IMG/VR virus record: IMGVR_UViG_3300027980_000037
Coordinates: 1 to 60,939 of that record
Length of the DNA: 60,939 bases
Strand: one strand, 5' to 3'
DNA from: a virus
Lineage: Duplodnaviria > Caudoviricetes
The position numbers and the translations under genes are program-made. Shown one piece after another: positions 55,752 to 60,939 of the stretch; position 1 is the first letter of the stretch; each line of letters starts with the position of its first letter. Below the pieces are notes generated by a model. The model was not told where the DNA came from and made no database searches. It saw only the letters and a list, made by a program, of their open reading frames with translations.

Positions 55752-55778
55752 AAAAAAAAGCCCCTGACTAGCAGGGGC
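55752..55778 (-). terminator. Rho-independent terminator
   Basis: GCCCCTG-loop-CAGGGGC then T8 on minus strand. Confidence 0.85.
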
Positions 55779-55795
55779 GAGAGACTGCGACAAGT

Positions 55796-56257
55796 TCAGA
55801 ACTCGCCACGCATTGCCAGCGACACTGTGCTGTCGGGCGTGACAATGAAATGATCGAGAACTCGCACATCTATCAGTTCCATAGCATCACGGATACGGCG
55901 GGTAATGCTTTTATCTGATGCTGATGGCTCAGGCACACCGGACGGATGATTGTGTGCCAGCACGATAGCGGCAGCGTTCAGGTCGATAGCACTGCGTACC
56001 AGCTCACGCGGGTATACCGTGGTCGCATCAATAGTGCCTTTGAATTCTTCGCGGAACTCAAGAACACGGTGGCGATTGTCGAGATACAGCACACCAAACA
56101 CTTCCTGCTTACGGTGGGCGAGATTCGCCTTTAAGAAATCACGGCTGGCTGCTGGTGATTCGATTGCAACGCCCTTCTCGATGCCGCAAAGCTTTAAGTA
56201 CGCTGCTGCGACTTCTTCGATATTGGCTGCTTGTCCTGCTTTGTTGTATAGCTTCAT
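55796..56257 (-). CDS. radC: RadC-like JAB/MPN domain protein
   Basis: QEVF..LYLD...GTID...VYPRE...HNHPSG...PS.SD...VLDH. Confidence 0.9.
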   Translation of the reverse strand: MKLYNKAGQAANIEEVAAAYLKLCGIEKGVAIESPAASRDFLKANLAHRKQEVFGVLYLDNRHRVLEFREEFKGTIDATTVYPRELVRSAIDLNAAAIVLAHNHPSGVPEPSASDKSITRRIRDAMELIDVRVLDHFIVTPDSTVSLAMRGEF

Positions 56258-56328
56258 TGTCAGTCTCCAAAATGCCCGCTACCACAGCGGGGTTATAAAC
56301 ATAGTATCAATTGTGGATAGTGTTGCAA
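56258..56328 (-). promoter_or_regulatory. Early cassette promoter, operator, GUGGU hairpin and extended RBS
   Basis: TTGCAA-16-(TGa)TACTAT; CCCGCT-GTGGT-AGCGGG; TGGAGACTGA. Confidence 0.8.
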
Positions 56329-56460
56329 GTTCTTTTTTTCAGGTAGTGGTAGCCAGGACGATTCAGTGACGCGAGCCTTCCTTCTCACATTGTGGCAGTA
56401 GCTCAACGGTGGGTCAGTCGCTCAACGGTCTACCTCTTGGCTGTAGCTCAACCGCCAGAC

Positions 56461-56499
56461 AAAAGAATGCCCCGCTACCGTTGGGGGCGATAGCGGGGC
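56461..56499 (-). terminator. Rho-independent terminator
   Basis: GCCCCGCTA...TAGCGGGGC then ATTCTTTT on minus strand. Confidence 0.7.
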
Positions 56500-56529
56500 G
56501 TGGGGTTGCCGCAGGACGCGGCAGGGAGA

Positions 56530-57327
56530 CTAACTGTTTGCAGCTTTCGGCGTGATATCTTCGAGCCTGTGCAGTTCTTCAATCAGGCTTTCTTTCTGCT
56601 CTGGTGTGCATTCAAGGATATGCCGCGCCAGTTCATCAGTGCTGATATCGCCGCTGTCGAGTATCCGGCGCAAGGCGAACTCACTGTCACATTCGATAGC
56701 GACACAGGCTTCAGTCAGATTGTTATGAGTATCAACGGCCTGTTGACTGCCGCCAGCAAACAACACCAGCCGCACAACATACTTCGCATCCGGCAATACC
56801 TTCCCACCAGCGTCTGTGATATCACGCTTGTCCATATCGCTCAGTGATTCAGCGGTGCATTCTTCGATGTAGTATTCACCTGAAGCCAGCATGAATACCG
56901 ATTCCGGCGGCTTGAACTCGGGATAGTGGTTTGTGTCGGGGTCGATGCCGTACTTCTCGTACAGCTTCGGCAGGGCTTCGGGCGGGTATCCACCAACCTG
57001 CGTCCATTCGTAAGTACGGGTATCCAGCACGAAGAAACCTGCATCCCCATGACTGCGTTTTTCCTGATATTCAGTCATTAACAGTTCTGATACCAGTGGT
57101 GTTTTACCGCCAAACACACCGAGGCTCATATTGTCGGCATAGCCGCAGTGCTGGTGACAAACACCTACCAGCCGCGCATAAGCATAGGCAAAGTCATTGC
57201 CCCGGCTCTCCATCAGCTTGCGGTGAATGTCCAGAATCATCGGCACAGCGTAACCGCCCCAATGCAGATATATTTCCTGACTGACGTTTTCACCATCAGT
57301 TACTACGATTATTGCTCTATCACCCAT
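56530..57327 (-). CDS. Conserved phage early hypothetical protein
   Basis: MGDRA.I...IYLHWGG...YA.ARL. Confidence 0.75.
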   Translation of the reverse strand: MGDRAIIVVTDGENVSQEIYLHWGGYAVPMILDIHRKLMESRGNDFAYAYARLVGVCHQHCGYADNMSLGVFGGKTPLVSELLMTEYQEKRSHGDAGFFVLDTRTYEWTQVGGYPPEALPKLYEKYGIDPDTNHYPEFKPPESVFMLASGEYYIEECTAESLSDMDKRDITDAGGKVLPDAKYVVRLVLFAGGSQQAVDTHNNLTEACVAIECDSEFALRRILDSGDISTDELARHILECTPEQKESLIEELHRLEDITPKAANS

Positions 57328-57353
57328 GAGTATTCTCCAGTTAAGGGTTGTGG

Positions 57354-57611
57354 TTAAAATTCTTCCATCATTGAAGCAGCACCATCTAGGTCACTGCCAA
57401 GAACGTCATACAATGAACCAGCCTTCATTGCTGTATCAGGGTTATGAGGCTCGTTGGTGCATTTGCTGTTAGGGTCACTATTGAACTCGTTGCCGAAAAC
57501 ACCGCAGCCATTCTTTCTGAATAGCTTGTTTGCTTGCTCAATAGGAAGGTCTACATCATGCAGGGAGTCGATATCCCACGGCTCGCCACAGTGTCTGCAA
57601 TAAATATCCAT
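57354..57611 (-). CDS. Conserved phage early hypothetical protein
   Basis: MDIYC..CGEPWD...D.DG.A. Confidence 0.75.
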   Translation of the reverse strand: MDIYCRHCGEPWDIDSLHDVDLPIEQANKLFRKNGCGVFGNEFNSDPNSKCTNEPHNPDTAMKAGSLYDVLGSDLDGAASMMEEF

Positions 57612-57682
57612 TATCAGTCTCCATTTATGCCCGCCACCACGGCGGGATAGCTTCAGATTACCAAATGTGGACACCATTGCAA
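57612..57682 (-). promoter_or_regulatory. Early cassette promoter, operator, GUGGU hairpin and extended RBS
   Basis: TTGCAA-16-(TGg)TAATCT; CCCGCC-GTGGT-GGCGGG; ATGGAGACTGATA. Confidence 0.8.
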
Positions 57683-57825
57683 GCGTTATTTTTGAGCAGG
57701 TTTCAGCCGGCAACCCAGAGCCAGCAATGACTATCACTGGCGTAGGTCAACAGTAGATCAGTCGTGGGTCAACAGCCCCGGGGTCGGCAAGGATACCTGG
57801 TATATCAGTAGTGGCAGATGTTGAC

Positions 57826-57838
57826 TAAGTGATTGATT
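57826..57838 (-). promoter_or_regulatory. IHF consensus site just downstream of terS
   Basis: AATCAATCACTTA fits WATCAANNNNTTR. Confidence 0.55.
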
Positions 57839-57856
57839 CGCAAGGTCTTGCGAAAA

Positions 57857-58648
57857 TCAGTCCACATTTGAATCGTGGTCAACCGTCACGGGCCGGCGAC
57901 CACCCATTGTTTTGCGTCGTTGAACCGCCCTTTCCATAGCGTCGGCGGTGTTCACTATCACGTTCACATCACTGGTGTCGTTCAACAGCCCGATGGATTT
58001 AGCCAATGAATCCAACGCTTTCTGCGGGTCAACTGTCTTCAGCTTGATAACGGTGGTGCGTATCGTGTCGCCGGAGTCTGTCACAATCTCTTTCACGGTT
58101 AGATCAACAGACCGTAAGCGGCGCTGTACCTCTACTGGCAGCTTGGTTACGTCTGTAATCATTAGCTGCCCGTTATCGTCGGACTCGAAATAGTCCACCA
58201 CATTAGCCTGAGCGTGGTTGTACCAGTCGCGCATGATGGCTTCGGCGGCTATCTTCGCGGAATCTGCTCGCCGGCTAACTTTTTTGTGAATCGAGTCTAG
58301 GAATTGGCTTATCTGTGGGTGACGCAGGACACGCCACGCCTCTGTATAGCACGTAGCGCGTGAGGCTTTGGGATACACAGTGGCATAGGCTTCAGCGGCA
58401 TTGTGACCGTTTGACAGGTAGTGTTGAGCTACTTCGGTGTATTTAGCCAGAGTATCTGGTCTTAGCTGTCTTGTTGTACTGGCTTGAATGGTGTTAGGTG
58501 GTAGGGCTTTGTTGTTTACAGGCGGGGGCAGGGCTTCGCCGGCTTCACTAGCGTCACGCTTTGCTATACGAACATTGGTTTCATCCTCGAATTTTGCAAT
58601 AAGGTCTTCAAGGCTTGATTTAGAAGTGTTTCGGCGCTGTTGGCTCAT
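57857..58648 (-). CDS. terS: Terminase small subunit
   Basis: Y....NA..AY...A.R.LR.P.I HTH; K...D.QKALD.LAK..G. Confidence 0.8.
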   Translation of the reverse strand: MSQQRRNTSKSSLEDLIAKFEDETNVRIAKRDASEAGEALPPPVNNKALPPNTIQASTTRQLRPDTLAKYTEVAQHYLSNGHNAAEAYATVYPKASRATCYTEAWRVLRHPQISQFLDSIHKKVSRRADSAKIAAEAIMRDWYNHAQANVVDYFESDDNGQLMITDVTKLPVEVQRRLRSVDLTVKEIVTDSGDTIRTTVIKLKTVDPQKALDSLAKSIGLLNDTSDVNVIVNTADAMERAVQRRKTMGGRRPVTVDHDSNVD

Positions 58649-58772
58649 GGTAAAGACGTAGCCCTCGCACTGGTTAGGTGGTCAACGGGCTTCGCCGGGT
58701 GTGCCGCGTTAAGGGTTGCGACACTGCACAGGTAGGGGTATGAGTTATGGAGACTGATACTGTCTGTGCGTG
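58649..58772 (-). ncRNA. Structured terS leader / candidate anti-RBS small RNA
   Basis: Hairpin GCACAG/CTGTGC with loop containing TATCAGTCTCCATA and CTCATACCCCTA, antisense to early-gene initiation regions. Confidence 0.6.
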
Positions 58773-58777
58773 AAGCC

Positions 58778-58806
58778 ATTATACACCAATTTCGGATAGT
58801 TGTGAC
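58778..58806 (-). promoter_or_regulatory. Promoter for the terS leader
   Basis: GTCACA-17-TATAAT. Confidence 0.6.
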
Positions 58807-59357
58807 TCTAATTTCTGTCGGTATGCCGGCAGTTCGTTTTCCTGCTCTGTGTCGGTAGGGTAACGGGCGTGATATTTCTCTGCAAGTGACATAACAGTTT
58901 GCCACGCGGTGTCACATTGTTCCTGTGACCAAGCGGCCTTCTTCCTAAGATTTTGGAAGCCGATATGAACCATTAGCTTCTTACCCTCAGTCTCGAATAG
59001 CCCAAACAGGATTTTCGGCGCTTCAATCTGCAGGGTTTCCGGCTTGGGCGTGAATTCGTCATGCTGTGTAGATCTGCCATAGCCCAGCAGCTTCGGGATT
59101 GATGGCGGGTAGTCGCTGCCTTCCAGTGCGGCAACATGAACGGCCCGGACAATCTGGTGCGGCTGCATGGCTTCAATCTGTGCCATAGCACTAGGGTTAT
59201 CTTCCGGTACTTCGCCATTGTTGCTGATCCATTGGTTGCCGTACATACCACCAAGATGCAGCCAAAGCCATTGGCTCTGCGTGAAGCCGGCGGGAATTTC
59301 GGTTTCGATACCTGGCGCTTTCATCTGAACTTCCCGCTTATCCCTATCTTCAGCCAT
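58779..59357 (-). CDS. Replication-associated protein (lambda P-like position)
   Basis: LW......YG..W....G...PP....; downstream of initiator. Confidence 0.55.
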   Translation of the reverse strand: MAEDRDKREVQMKAPGIETEIPAGFTQSQWLWLHLGGMYGNQWISNNGEVPEDNPSAMAQIEAMQPHQIVRAVHVAALEGSDYPPSIPKLLGYGRSTQHDEFTPKPETLQIEAPKILFGLFETEGKKLMVHIGFQNLRKKAAWSQEQCDTAWQTVMSLAEKYHARYPTDTEQENELPAYRQKLESQLSEIGV

Positions 59358-59629
59358 TCAGGGTGTTTATCTTTTTCACGTGGCTTCGCCTGTTCTGTGT
59401 TGTGTTTTTCCCTAGCAAACAGGAGTTTTGCTATCGACAGCTTATGGTTCAGTTTGTACGCAAGGTTATTATCATCAAGGTTTGACCAATGGTTGATAAC
59501 CAGACATTCGGGAATTCTGACCATAGGTAGTGTCTCGGGTATAGGCTTGAGTTCGTAATACTCGCCTTCCTTCAGCCCCAGCATTTCAGCCTGATATTTG
59601 TACAGGTACAGTCTGGTCTGGAAACTCAT
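59321..59629 (-). CDS. Hypothetical protein
   Basis: ATGA-coupled ORF. Confidence 0.55.
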   Translation of the reverse strand: MSFQTRLYLYKYQAEMLGLKEGEYYELKPIPETLPMVRIPECLVINHWSNLDDNNLAYKLNHKLSIAKLLFAREKHNTEQAKPREKDKHPEWLKIGISGKFR

Positions 59630-60684
59630 TGCAGCCGCCTTTGCCTACTGGCTATCTGGCTGGCTGCTCCATTCTGTAGCCGGCTTTGAGCATTGGGCTT
59701 CTGTTTTTCTGCCGGTGGCGGTTCAATGCTGTATTCCTCGTTGTACCGGCTGTTGAAGAATGTGGCGGCTTGCAGGGTTTTATCAGTACCCAGCTTTCCA
59801 GAAACTAGGCAGTGCTGGTAGTAGATGCTGGTGTATTCCATCAGGGCTTCCAGCGTGACATTGCCGGCTTGTATCTCACGCCTAGCAAATCGCTCTGCAT
59901 CATTCCAGCGTTGGCCGCCATAGCGTTTTGGGTAGATAGGGCGAAGTTTTGCCCACATTTCTTGCCACGCTTGTTCCGTAATCTTTTGAACCTTGCCTTT
60001 GCCTTTGCCTCTGCCTCTGCTTGTCGTGACATTTTGGGACATTTGCGTGACATTTTTGCAGGATTCATCTAAACAATTGATTCCAGTCCCGTTTTTGTTG
60101 TGCCAGTTTTTATGGCAACTGCAACAAAGCCAACGAACCTCAAGGGCTTTTGCGTAATCGTCGTGATGCGCTGCAATACTGTCAGAATCATCACCACAAT
60201 CTTCACAAAACTTGGGTCTGGTTAAAATACCACCAGCTATAGCCATAGCAACCAACTCATGTGCAGCTTGTTTGGTTCTAGGCACTTCCGCTGGCTTAGA
60301 TACACTGCCTTTAGCCCTTTGTCGGCGTTTGCGTATCCTGTTTGCCTCACGCTTTTCAGCTTGGTTTTGAATCTCGCGGTAAGTTTGGTAGTTAACAACT
60401 CGGTAGCCGCAATTGTCACCACATCCCGGTCTAATTGGAATAATCCTGCGCCCTTCCTCGGCCTCGTTCTTACTCTGTGGGTCTGGTGACATCAATGTGT
60501 CCATGTGACCGCGGAGACTGTCCAGATCGTGCGGGTAGTTGATTAGCCGGTGCAGTGATTCGAGCGATTTATCCACCAGCCCTTCACGGTCTGCCAGTAC
60601 CAGCAAATCCATGAAAACGTGCCTTGTGCCGTAGTCGGCGGCAAGGCTTGAGAACATGATGTCCTCGAAAATCTTTACATACAT
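59626..60684 (-). CDS. Replication initiator (O/DnaT-like) with inserted HNH-like Zn domain
   Basis: Y.K.F..I..SS N-terminus, V.NY..YR, R.RKRRQR, CEDC...HHDDY...WLC..CH, YPKR, QA.TFF. Confidence 0.7.
   Translation of the reverse strand: MYVKIFEDIMFSSLAADYGTRHVFMDLLVLADREGLVDKSLESLHRLINYPHDLDSLRGHMDTLMSPDPQSKNEAEEGRRIIPIRPGCGDNCGYRVVNYQTYREIQNQAEKREANRIRKRRQRAKGSVSKPAEVPRTKQAAHELVAMAIAGGILTRPKFCEDCGDDSDSIAAHHDDYAKALEVRWLCCSCHKNWHNKNGTGINCLDESCKNVTQMSQNVTTSRGRGKGKGKVQKITEQAWQEMWAKLRPIYPKRYGGQRWNDAERFARREIQAGNVTLEALMEYTSIYYQHCLVSGKLGTDKTLQAATFFNSRYNEEYSIEPPPAEKQKPNAQSRLQNGAASQIASRQRRLQ
60025..60057. repeat. Iteron-like GTGACATTT repeats (putative origin)
   Basis: CGTGACATTTT, GGGACATTT, CGTGACATTTTT inside the initiator; GCGTGACATT also at 59853 and 60751. 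Confidence 0.55.
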
Positions 60685-60762
60685 AGTAGTCAGTCTCCTT
60701 TAACCAATATCCTGATTTTACGCTGTTTTTCTGTTTTTGTCACTCAAATAGCGTGACATTGG

Positions 60763-60796
60763 TTGCATACTACACCAAATGTGGATATTGTGTGAA
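60763..60796. promoter_or_regulatory. Overlapping divergent promoters with central operator CCAAATGTGGATAT
   Basis: Plus strand TTGCAT-17-TATTGT; minus strand TTCACA-18-TAGTAT. Confidence 0.6.
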
Positions 60797-60939
60797 ATGT
60801 GCAATGTCGCACCTTTGTTCTATTGGAGTAGAAGCATGACCACAATCACCAAACTCGACAAAAAATCCTGCAAAGCAATCCAGCAACCGATTGAAGATGC
60901 TGTCAATGCAGCCCTTGAGCCTTTCGGTCTGAAGGCGGT
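60788..60939. repeat. Terminal direct repeat / circular assembly overlap (copy 2)
   Basis: Matches 1-152. Confidence 0.95.

Larger units (their letters stand above)
55702..57776. repeat. Dispersed intergenic repeats, consensus about GCTGTAGCTCAACGGT (7 copies)
   Basis: Copies at 55702, 55731, 56395, 56414, 56440, 57739, 57761. Confidence 0.8.

Noticed and set aside
55698-55780. tRNA gene (GGGGCTGTAGCTCA start resembles tRNA-Ala)
   Set aside because: No anticodon arm, T-arm or acceptor 3' strand; it is one copy of the dispersed repeat.
55702-56455. CRISPR array
   Set aside because: Repeats are about 16 bp, degenerate and irregularly spaced, with no uniform spacers and no cas genes.
59841-60068. 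Programmed frameshift into the AEAEAKAKA frame of the initiator gene
   Set aside because: The main frame stays open into a plausible C-terminal domain; no slippery site evident.
1-60939. Integrase/att site, DGR, retron, DNA polymerase, methyltransferase, recoded stop codons
   Set aside because: No such motifs seen; genes are intact in the standard code with dense coding.

Overview
The window is an apparently complete, circularly assembled ~60.8 kb genome of a podovirus-like tailed phage of a Gram-negative host, probably a proteobacterium (spanins, proteobacterial-type SSB). Bases 1-152 recur at 60788-60939. Modules: early/accessory genes (1-11.3 kb); a RecT/YqaJ/SSB recombination operon (11.4-16.2 kb); a long leftward virion and lysis operon (16.25-52.1 kb) with a 3680-aa polyvalent protein, ejection proteins, spanins, holin, endolysin, tail proteins, N4-gp56-like major capsid, portal, TerL and a polysaccharide-deacetylase protein; three promoter-terminator early cassettes (54.5-57.7 kb); TerS; and a lambdoid-type replication initiator. 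I saw no integrase, DNA/RNA polymerase, tRNA, CRISPR array or reverse transcriptase. The most striking signal is non-coding and suggests a two-layer switch for turning early genes off. (1) A motif resembling CCAAATGTGGAYA lies in or over most predicted early sigma70 promoters and over the start of a small, apparently leaderless HTH gene next to terL. (2) The first genes behind those promoters share an extended RBS, (T)GGAGACT(GA). The ~125-nt leader upstream of terS folds into a hairpin whose 32-nt loop is perfectly antisense to that RBS (8-13 nt) and to a second gene start (12 nt), making it a candidate phage multi-target anti-RBS RNA. Also notable: a candidate doubly pseudoknotted ~200-nt RNA (3600-3803), GUGGU-loop leader hairpins, GTAGCTCAAC repeats near terS, and strong GCCGGC over-representation. 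All product calls come from motif recognition by eye; no database search was run.
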